13,931 bases of DNA, from NCBI GenBank assembly GCA_049969615.1, contig JBMFOM010000051.1, positions 1-13,931 on the forward strand, given 5' to 3'. Shown here piece by piece: positions 7,258-13,931 of the stretch. Below the pieces are notes generated by a model, which did not search any database, was not told where the DNA came from, and saw nothing but the letters and a program-made list of their open reading frames with translations. The translations under genes were made by a program, and so were the position numbers. Each line of letters begins with the position of its first letter. Within the stretch, counting starts at the first letter, position 1. This DNA is from a candidate division WOR-3 bacterium (lineage in GTDB: Bacteria > Hydrothermota > Hydrothermia > JBDRYB01).

Positions 7258-7839
7258 ATGAAAAAAGTTGTGATGATGTTAATGATAATTTGCCCGGCAA
7301 TGCTGGTGGCGGGCAATTTGATAATAAACGAGGTGTCGGTGAACCAAGGCGGATGGGTGGAGCTCAAGAACACCAGCTCATCTCCCATCAACCTAGGGGG
7401 CTGGCAAATAATGAACTCAGGCGGCTCGGACATTTTGCCCGATGTGGTTATCCAGCCCGGAGCCTACATGTTGATAGCAGGAAGCAGGGCGGCCAAGGCA
7501 GATGTATATCTGGCAGATGGCTCGCTTGGCTCCGGCCTGATCAGCTCCGGCGACATGCTTGCCCTCGTTGACCCGGATGGCGCGGTTTCCGACATGATGA
7601 ATTGGGGCGAGGTCAATCTTAGCTGGAAGAACTATGTCCCTGGGCTATGGGGCCGCGGCCCGAATATCGGTTCCACCGGTATCCTGGCGAGAATACCCGA
7701 CGCGGTAGACAGGGACCTTGCCAGAGATTTCAGGGAAATGCCCCAGGCCACCCCGGGCGAGGAGAACACATACCCGATGGGTCTGGATGTCCCCTCCTGG
7801 GGAAAGATAAAAGCCCTCTTCTCCCCAGGCTCAAGATAA
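7258..7839 (+). CDS. Secreted lamin tail domain (LTD) protein with C-terminal SWGKIKALF motif (193 aa; start could be GTG 7255)
   Basis: Signal peptide MKKVVMMLMIICPAMLVA. LTD hallmarks LIINEV, WVELKNTSSSPINLGGWQI, IQPGAYMLI, GDMLALVDPDG and TPGEEN. The ORF-track start at 7132 overlaps the promoter and is rejected. Confidence 0.85.
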   Translation: MKKVVMMLMIICPAMLVAGNLIINEVSVNQGGWVELKNTSSSPINLGGWQIMNSGGSDILPDVVIQPGAYMLIAGSRAAKADVYLADGSLGSGLISSGDMLALVDPDGAVSDMMNWGEVNLSWKNYVPGLWGRGPNIGSTGILARIPDAVDRDLARDFREMPQATPGEENTYPMGLDVPSWGKIKALFSPGSR

Positions 7840-8012
7840 GGTTTGCCGAGAGCCTTTATAGTCCATAGTAGATATAAATCTTTATTATTCTGCGGGACGT
7901 CTGATAGGAATGATAGCTCCGACACCTTGCCTGACAAGGATTTTTGGATGTTCATCAATCTGAAAAATACACGAATTCCGGGATCGGGCTTTAGACTGAT
8001 GGTAGGGATATT

Positions 8013-8840
8013 CTATCCCCCGACAATTTCAAGGTGGAATTCCGGCACGAGTCCCTTTGCCCTCGCTTTTCCGAGGAGCTCCTCCAATCCCCTCACCGCA
8101 TCCTGGTCCATGGTCTCGGTCTGCCGGTTCACATACATGGAGACAAACCGGTCAAGGGTCTGGGCCGGGAGGCCCCTGCCAAAGCTTGCCGCATAGGCCA
8201 GGGCTTCTTCCCGGTGAGTCAACGCATAGGAGATGCTCTTGGAGAGGATGTGGGTCAGATCTGCTATGATCCCGGCGCCCAGCCTCCTCTTAACTATGTT
8301 GACCCCCAGGACAAGCGGAAGCCCTGTCTCAGCATTCCACCACTCGCCGAGGTCAATTACCTTTGAGAGTCCCTCATCCCTGTATGTCAGCTGACCTTCA
8401 TGTATGAGCAAGCCAGCATCCGATGCTCCGGACTTAACCGCCTGGATTATTTGATCAAACGGAAGAACGACATACCTAAATTTGCCCAGGGCGAGCCTCG
8501 CGGCGAGAAAAGCAGTAGTCATTTTTCCGGGAACGGCAACAGTGAGGTCCTTGAGATCATCCGGGTTCACGGGTTCTCTCGCGACGATTATGGGGCCATA
8601 GCCTTCCCCCACCGAGGCGCCTGCCTTCACAAGTAGATATTTTTCCCAGAGATAGGGATAGGCCGCGGCTGATGCGGCCGAAAGCTCAGGCTCGCCACTA
8701 ATGCACATTCTATTGAGGGTTTCTATGTCATGGTAGGCCTGGATGAACTCGTATGGACCAGTGTCTATCAAGCCTTTGACCATGGCGTAGAACATGAACG
8801 CATCATCCGGATCCGGACTGTGTGCGACCAGGATTCTCAC
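8013..8840 (-). CDS. mqnD: 1,4-dihydroxy-6-naphthoate synthase, futalosine menaquinone pathway (275 aa)
   Basis: HSPDPDDAFMFYA, DIETLN, GASVGEGYGP, VAVPGKMTTAFL, GLLIHEGQLTY, DLGEWW..TGLPL and FVSMYVN. True start is likely GTG 8840; the 8987 extension runs through the promoter and the repeat element. Confidence 0.9.
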   Translation of the reverse strand: MRILVAHSPDPDDAFMFYAMVKGLIDTGPYEFIQAYHDIETLNRMCISGEPELSAASAAAYPYLWEKYLLVKAGASVGEGYGPIIVAREPVNPDDLKDLTVAVPGKMTTAFLAARLALGKFRYVVLPFDQIIQAVKSGASDAGLLIHEGQLTYRDEGLSKVIDLGEWWNAETGLPLVLGVNIVKRRLGAGIIADLTHILSKSISYALTHREEALAYAASFGRGLPAQTLDRFVSMYVNRQTETMDQDAVRGLEELLGKARAKGLVPEFHLEIVGG

Positions 8841-8846
8841 CCTGAA

Positions 8847-8876
8847 ATTATACCGGCTGGGCCAGGGTCTTTGCAT
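8847..8876 (-). promoter_or_regulatory. Sigma70-type promoter of mqnD
   Basis: Minus strand: ATGCAA, 18 bp spacer, TATAAT, then 6 nt to GTG 8840. Confidence 0.6.
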
Positions 8877-8900
8877 CTGGAGAAACGTAAACCTCAGATC

Positions 8901-9026
8901 AAGTAGTAATAACTTACTGGTTTGAAATAGAAGCACTTTGTCCAAGAGAACAGATTCTAAGAGGGGCCTTCTGAAAAATCCCGCCAAGAGGGCATTTCCT
9001 CAGGGTTCTCTCTTTGTTATGAGGCT
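8901..9026 (+). repeat. Dispersed non-coding element, copy A (inverted relative to 13731-13860)
   Basis: Manual alignment of 8901-9009 to the reverse complement of 13751-13860 gives about 16 differences in 110 columns (~85%). The first 25 bp are identical, and ATGAGGCT matches further after an indel. Confidence 0.9.
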
Positions 9027-9221
9027 CTCGGATAGGGACGAAGGGCAAACCCGGATTTTTCACTTCCTCAACCCATGGATCCCTTATCCCACAAGCAAAA
9101 GCTCTGAACCCCTTGGGGCCGTAGTGGCCCATGGACACGAGGATGGATGAAAATATTCCCCCGGCCCAAGGAAAAGGTCATCGGATCACAAAAATTCCGC
9201 ATTTCCGAAAGGTTTCTGTCG

Positions 9222-9251
9222 TTGCAACAGATAGTGTTATTTCTTTATCAT
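9222..9251 (+). promoter_or_regulatory. Promoter of tRNA-Ser
   Basis: TTGCAA (9222-9227), 18 bp spacer, TATCAT (9246-9251), 9 nt before the tRNA. Confidence 0.55.
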
Positions 9252-9260
9252 TTGTGTCTC

Positions 9261-9351
9261 GGAGAGGTGCCCGAGCCCGGTTGAAGGGACACGATTGGAA
9301 ATCGTGTAGAGGGGTCAAACCCTCTCGCGGGTTCAAATCCCGCCCTCTCCG
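9261..9351 (+). tRNA. tRNA-Ser(GGA), CCA not encoded
   Basis: Acceptor stem GGAGAGG/CCTCTCC with G discriminator; anticodon arm CACGA-TTGGAAA-TCGTG (GGA at 9297-9299); long variable arm AGAGGG/CCCTCT; T arm GCGGG-TTCAAAT-CCCGC. Confidence 0.97.
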
Positions 9352-9388
9352 CATCCCCGATTCTATGAACTCAAAGACATAAATCACC

Positions 9389-9856
9389 GTGAAAGAAAAA
9401 AAGAAATTCTACCTACCTGGATGGAAACATACCGTAGGGATATTTGTGGGCATTCTGACGCTCGGCCTCCTGGTCTACGGTGGATTGAACATCTGGCAGG
9501 CCAACCGGCGCCGCGAGGCCGAGAGAAAGAAGACAGAGGTTTTCCCTGGCATAAAGGTTGAGGTTCTCAACGCGGCCGGTGAGCCAGGCCTCGCGAAAAA
9601 GGTAACATGGCGATTGCGGGGTATGGGCTTTGATGTTGTGTATTATGGTAATGCGAATGATACTCTCAGCAAAACCGTCGTCATAGAGCGCGTTGATTCA
9701 TCCATGGCCAACGCCAAGTCCCTCGCTGGCGCCATAGGTGTGAAGGAGATAACCTACGAGCCTGACCCGGACCAATTGTTTGATGTCACCCTGCTCGTTG
9801 GCCTCGATTTCAAGGAATTCTTCAAGGACATAAATAAGGATGAGGTGATTTATTGA
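9389..9856 (+). CDS. Membrane-anchored LytR C-terminal (LytR_C) domain protein (155 aa)
   Basis: One N-terminal TM, then IKVEVLNAAGEPGLAKKV..LRGMGFDVVYYGNA and the C-terminal DVTLLVGLDF, typical of LytR_C. Confidence 0.85.
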   Translation: MKEKKKFYLPGWKHTVGIFVGILTLGLLVYGGLNIWQANRRREAERKKTEVFPGIKVEVLNAAGEPGLAKKVTWRLRGMGFDVVYYGNANDTLSKTVVIERVDSSMANAKSLAGAIGVKEITYEPDPDQLFDVTLLVGLDFKEFFKDINKDEVIY

Positions 9857-9997
9857 TCCCATCCCCTACTGGCTCATTCTTATGCCCCACAGCTCTTGTT
9901 TCGCTTGGAATTCGCCGGAGGTCTTGACAAAAGCCAAGGCACTGAATTGAACGCATAGCCTGAATTGCCAATGGCAATAACCAGGAATCCGTATGCG

Positions 9998-12900
9998 TCA
10001 GAACCTTATCCGGTATTGGAATCCAACACCCAGACCGGTCTCGTCTTTCTCTCCATACATGGCGACTCGTGGCTTGAAGAAATACTTCACCTGGAAATAC
10101 TGAGATTCCAGTTTCTCCAGATCTGTGCTGTATTTTACATATAAGTTCCTGGTTATATACCAGCCTATAGTAAACTGAGGCGTTCCGCCAAAAGCCCCTG
10201 TCCTGACCTCCAGCTCCTGTAATCTCACCTTTTTTCTGAGCTCTCTTGAGAGCAGTCCCTCAGCCAGGTTGACCGCCCTCTCACCCATAATGCTGTATTC
10301 GGGCGCGCCACCGGTTGTTCCTATTGTCAGGAGTGAAATAATGTCCCCTGGTGGCAGAGGAGGTTCAGAGGTCAGGGTTATATCCGGCTTACTAAGCGTC
10401 CCTCCCAATAGAAGGTATATTGATGTATCCGGAGCTATCTGGTTAACAGCCTTGACTGCCATCTCCGGGTCAATCATGGTCTGTCTGGTCATCCGAAGGT
10501 TCCCTTCCATGACCTCAAATGTTCTGTCAAAGAAATAAAGATAACCTGAGAGAACCGTTACATCTCCCGTTATCGTCATTGATGCGCCGGCCTCTTTTTC
10601 AAGGAGGATGTCCGCTGAGAACTCCAGATCAATCAGCTCGTTCACGAAATAGACCTTCCTGTCCGCGTGTAGCCTTATATCATATTTCAGGGTGTTCGGT
10701 CTCTCAGGGGGCCTGGGGGTTGGTTTCCTGCCAAGGGGCGCATAGAAGAACGCCTCGTCCACGGCGAGGTCTCCGCTAACCCTCGGCCTCCTCATGGTTT
10801 CTCCAACCTTAAGGTCTCCCGTTACCTTTGCCTCCATGAACGGATCCGGGTATATCGGGAACTGGATCAGATAGACATCAAGGGCCAACGGCACCTCGCC
10901 CTCGCGATACCAGAGCGTTCCCTGCGCCTCAACCCTCCCGTCCTCTGCCTCTGCCTTGAGGCTATGAATAGACAGGGCATCACCCTGGAAGGATATCTGT
11001 GCCTCCACGCCGGAGAGGGCTGTTCCGGTTGGCACCACAACACCCCTTGGCGCGGAGAAATCAACTTTTCCAGAGAGGTAGGGATTCCCTATGGTATTGT
11101 ATATCTGGACCCGTCCGGAGGCTCGCGTTTCCTCAAACGCGACGAATTTCTCAAACAATCCCAGTATTGGCGTCATGCCACCGGAGATACCAATGACTCC
11201 GGATATTGCATCCGCGGTATCCACCTTGAGGGCAAAGGGAACGAGGGAAAACCCGACTCTGAATTTCAGGTTCATCCAAAGCGTATCATCCTGCGCTATC
11301 AGGGTGAGAGAATCCAGGTTGAAGGTGTCTCCAACCAGGCTCGCTTCGCCATAGCCGGCGCCTGCCCTCAGGAATGTCCATCGCAGGTCCCGGGCAATTA
11401 TCGTTATGTTTCCTATGTGGGGTTTTTGCAATGTCCCTCCCAAGGTCGTGTAGAGAGAAACGACTCCCTCTATGGTGTCCTTGAGTGCGAACGAAGATGA
11501 GAGGGCGCGCAAGTCTGCTGAATCAACTACTAGAGCAACCAAGATTGAATCCCCCCTTATCCGTCCACCCATTGAAACAAGGCCGAAAAAAACCTCACCA
11601 CTGGGCAGTGAGAAGGAAATTTCATCCTTTCGCCACTTTACAACAAGCCCGTTTCCCTTCATCACGCTAAGTCCCCTTATGTTCATTTCCAGCCTTGAGG
11701 CTTCCAGCGCCCCGGTGTCGCCGGAAACGTCCACAGTTCCCTCCGAGGAAAGCCAGGCATCGCGAGTCCTTGCGAACAAGGTATAGGCACCCCTACCACC
11801 CATGATTGCGCCCTCAAGCCTCATGCTGTCCACTATCAAATCTCCCTTGGATAAACCCTTTGCTACGACCCAGCCCTCAAGGGTGTCTGGCCTTGCCAAA
11901 ACGCTCAGGCTCGCCCTATCAAGGGTAATCTCCTTCCAACTGCAATCCTGGAACTCCATCTCGCCACTGAACAGAAGCGTCTTTCTATCCCTCTTCAGGC
12001 TACCTGAACCCCACGCCAAACCATGCATGTTCTTTGAGAACAGTTCCAGCCGGAGGGCCTCAAGCGAAAACGAGAGGTCAAGGTTTCGGTGTAGGTCTGC
12101 CCAACCGGATATGGTTCCGGTTATTGATGACCCGGAAACCAGGAGACCAGAACTACTGAACCTTTTCCAGTCCCTTATATCCACGGTGCCAGAGAGGTGG
12201 CCAAAGCTGTATTGTCTGTATGCTATTGTGTCTATGGCCAGGGAGAGCGAGGCGCTCCTCGTGCCCTGACCCTCGCCGCTAACATCGCCCGCGAAGAATA
12301 TTCCCGGAACGGGCAGATAAATGCCCTGGGGCGCAGATACATGAGCCGTCCAGGCAAGATTGCTATCTGTTCGCAGAGAACCCGTAAAGTTGACCGGGTT
12401 CTCCCTAAAGTAGAACACCCCCTTGGTAACCGTTATCACGGAATCCCGGGTCATGTCAATCCTGGCACGCAATTCCTCGGCCTGTAGGGTGTCATATACG
12501 ACACGGGTTGCATAGACATCCATGTATCTCTTCTCATAGAGGATGTTGATCCTCGCCGAGTCAACCGAGACACCTAACGGGGACTCTGCCCTGGTCAGCC
12601 AGATATTGACAGCCTCTTTTGACGGCAAAACCATTACTCTGCCCCCTTCAAGCGTGTAGCGGCCTTTCTCTCCTCCGTTTATATCAACAATGTCAACCCC
12701 ATCCCTGTGTATTTTGACTGTCAGCGACACGCTGTCCGGGTTCGTGTATGGAGATGTCCCCTCCAAAACAGAACCGGAGAATCTCATCGTGTCCGGCCCC
12801 GAAATGGCACTAGCCCTTATCTGTTTTGCTGTGTATGTGGCTCCTCCGACCATGACCGTCGCGTCCCTTATTTTGCCGCGTTCTATGGTGAAGACCGGAT

Positions 12901-13297
12901 AGGTCACTGGTTTTACCTGGCTGGGTTCAGGCTTAGGCTCGGTCTTCGCGGCAATTCCGGCGACTAGCGAGTCAACATTCAGGCTTACCCCGCGCGCATT
13001 CAGAGTCCGTATCTTTCTTTCCTTTATGAGGGTCCACGGGTCAAACCAGACCTCTACCTCATCAATGCTCAGCGCGGGCCGGGCATCAAGCCCTGTTATC
13101 CTGAGATAACCCAACGGATTCAGGATGTATGTGTTGTGTGCGATGGGCCGGCAGAGCGCAGATGATATTGAATCAAGAACCTTCTTCTTGATGAACACAT
13201 AGAGGGAAACCGCTCCCCCGTAGAAAATCAGAAACAGAACCCCCAGGGATACCCCGGTGTAAATAAAAGCGGCAAGGCCACGCCTTCGCTTTTTCAA
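9998..13297 (-). CDS. tamB: Translocation/assembly module TamB / AsmA-like protein (1099 aa)
   Basis: Basic N-terminus plus TM anchor and a long beta-rich Gly-patterned body. DUF490-like C-terminus: LGGTLSKPDITLTSEPPLPPGDIISLL, IGWYITRNLYVKY, GVGFQYRIRF. SD AGGAG lies 6 nt before TTG. Confidence 0.85.
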   Translation of the reverse strand: MKKRRRGLAAFIYTGVSLGVLFLIFYGGAVSLYVFIKKKVLDSISSALCRPIAHNTYILNPLGYLRITGLDARPALSIDEVEVWFDPWTLIKERKIRTLNARGVSLNVDSLVAGIAAKTEPKPEPSQVKPVTYPVFTIERGKIRDATVMVGGATYTAKQIRASAISGPDTMRFSGSVLEGTSPYTNPDSVSLTVKIHRDGVDIVDINGGEKGRYTLEGGRVMVLPSKEAVNIWLTRAESPLGVSVDSARINILYEKRYMDVYATRVVYDTLQAEELRARIDMTRDSVITVTKGVFYFRENPVNFTGSLRTDSNLAWTAHVSAPQGIYLPVPGIFFAGDVSGEGQGTRSASLSLAIDTIAYRQYSFGHLSGTVDIRDWKRFSSSGLLVSGSSITGTISGWADLHRNLDLSFSLEALRLELFSKNMHGLAWGSGSLKRDRKTLLFSGEMEFQDCSWKEITLDRASLSVLARPDTLEGWVVAKGLSKGDLIVDSMRLEGAIMGGRGAYTLFARTRDAWLSSEGTVDVSGDTGALEASRLEMNIRGLSVMKGNGLVVKWRKDEISFSLPSGEVFFGLVSMGGRIRGDSILVALVVDSADLRALSSSFALKDTIEGVVSLYTTLGGTLQKPHIGNITIIARDLRWTFLRAGAGYGEASLVGDTFNLDSLTLIAQDDTLWMNLKFRVGFSLVPFALKVDTADAISGVIGISGGMTPILGLFEKFVAFEETRASGRVQIYNTIGNPYLSGKVDFSAPRGVVVPTGTALSGVEAQISFQGDALSIHSLKAEAEDGRVEAQGTLWYREGEVPLALDVYLIQFPIYPDPFMEAKVTGDLKVGETMRRPRVSGDLAVDEAFFYAPLGRKPTPRPPERPNTLKYDIRLHADRKVYFVNELIDLEFSADILLEKEAGASMTITGDVTVLSGYLYFFDRTFEVMEGNLRMTRQTMIDPEMAVKAVNQIAPDTSIYLLLGGTLSKPDITLTSEPPLPPGDIISLLTIGTTGGAPEYSIMGERAVNLAEGLLSRELRKKVRLQELEVRTGAFGGTPQFTIGWYITRNLYVKYSTDLEKLESQYFQVKYFFKPRVAMYGEKDETGLGVGFQYRIRF

Positions 13298-13318
13298 ACT
13301 GCTCTCCTAAGGTTATAG

Positions 13319-13348
13319 ATCATAATTGAGACTGATCTTCGCCTGCAA
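13319..13348 (-). promoter_or_regulatory. Candidate promoter of tamB (leadered, with SD)
   Basis: Minus strand: TTGCAG, 18 bp spacer, TATGAT, then a short leader containing AGGAG (13304-13308). Confidence 0.5.
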
Positions 13349-13468
13349 ATGTTCCACAATCCGCGGGGTTCCTCTTGTTTTTGTCTGAGGGTGAGGGCCT
13401 GTAATGGGCTAATAGCAAATTTAGAGCCGTTATTGAACAGTAGGAAAGGGGAAACCAGCGCGAGAACC

Positions 13469-13651
13469 CTATGCCTTAGTTATGGTCTTCAAACACTTCA
13501 CGCAGACCTTGACCCTCCGTTTCCTTCCATCAATTATCGCTGTTACTTTGTGCAGGTTGGGCTTCCACTTTCTCTTTGAGAGTCGGTGAGAGTGGCTAAC
13601 CCTGTTGCCACTCATCACCCCTTTTCCGCATATATCACAAACCTGAGCCAT
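13469..13651 (-). CDS. rpmB: 50S ribosomal protein L28, zinc-ribbon (C+) form, 60 aa
   Basis: MAQVCDICGKGVMSGNRVSHSHRLSKRKWKPNL...KVCVKCLK with two CxxC pairs; start at ATG 13651 rather than 13738. Confidence 0.97.
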   Translation of the reverse strand: MAQVCDICGKGVMSGNRVSHSHRLSKRKWKPNLHKVTAIIDGRKRRVKVCVKCLKTITKA

Positions 13652-13657
13652 AATGAA

Positions 13658-13687
13658 ATTATAGAGCATGGCACTGAGCCGGGACAA
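13658..13687 (-). promoter_or_regulatory. Sigma70-type promoter of rpmB
   Basis: Minus strand: TTGTCC, 18 bp spacer, TATAAT, then 6 nt to ATG 13651. Confidence 0.7.
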
Positions 13688-13730
13688 GGGCAAGACAGAG
13701 TATGAAACCCCTAAAGAATCCCGGTCTGTC

Positions 13731-13860
13731 AGCCTCATCGTAGTTAGAAGGGAACCCTGATGAAATGCCCCCGTGGCTGGATCTTTCAGAGGGCCTCCTC
13801 TTAGGACCTATTCTCTTGGACAAAGCGCTCCTGGCTCAAACCAGTAAGTTATTACTACTT
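13731..13860 (-). repeat. Dispersed non-coding element, copy B (inverted relative to 8901-9026)
   Basis: The reverse complement begins AAGTAGTAATAACTTACTGGTTTGA, identical to 8901-8925, and also shares CTTTGTCCAAGAGAA, GGGCATTTC and TCAGGGTTC. Confidence 0.9.
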
Positions 13861-13931
13861 TATCAACCCTCCAATATTTTATTCATAATAGACCCCCGTA
13901 GTGAGGACTGTGAAGACGAGGTCAACCAGTT

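Noticed and set aside
7843..8636. Plus-strand ORFs antisense to mqnD, and the many shadow ORFs within ccmF, the HD gene, phoH and tamB
   Set aside because: They overlap well-supported genes and show no protein motifs.
8841..8987. N-terminal extension of mqnD in the ORF track; likewise 66-134 (ccmF), 1787-1987 (barrel), 7132-7254 (LTD) and 13652-13738 (rpmB)
   Set aside because: The extensions are not family-like and overlap promoters, the repeat element or the upstream gene.
9959..9985. Palindrome ATTGCCA-A-TGGCAAT between the convergent lytR_C and tamB genes as a terminator
   Set aside because: The loop is too tight, the stem is weak and there is no U-tract on either strand; unsupported.
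13757..13800. CTGATGA (CTGAGGA in the other copy) resembles the hammerhead ribozyme core CUGANGA
   Set aside because: No stem II closed by a downstream GAAA follows in either copy, so the catalytic core cannot be completed.
13884..13931. Possible gene start GTG 13901 after CATAAT at the window edge
   Set aside because: Only 10 codons are visible; insufficient evidence.

Overview
A mostly housekeeping window from a diderm bacterium. The combination of TamB, a small outer-membrane barrel, futalosine-pathway MqnD, a PgpH-type HD protein and an SWGKIK-tailed secreted protein suggests an FCB-associated or WOR-3-like candidate lineage; this taxonomy is inference only. Gene order: ccmF coupled to a small beta-barrel-like gene (+); HEAT-like protein (-); a ~610 bp intergenic region with a degenerate tRNA 3' half and integrase-type repeats; a (-) operon of hypothetical protein, phoH and a 7TM-HD phosphohydrolase; a lamin-tail-domain protein (+); mqnD (-); tRNA-Ser(GGA) and a LytR_C protein (+); tamB (-); rpmB (-). 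The most notable signals are non-coding or motif-level. (1) Six of seven promoter-proximal protein genes look leaderless or nearly so. (2) A ~110-130 bp element occurs twice in inverted orientation, bracketing ~4.7 kb. (3) An 11-5-11 TAAGT..TTG-N5-CAA..ACTTA palindrome recurs. (4) There is an att-like tRNA scar. (5) GGATCAC motifs cluster in intergenic DNA. (6) The C-terminal SWGKIKALF is a candidate sorting signal. No CRISPR array, transposase or integrase gene is visible.
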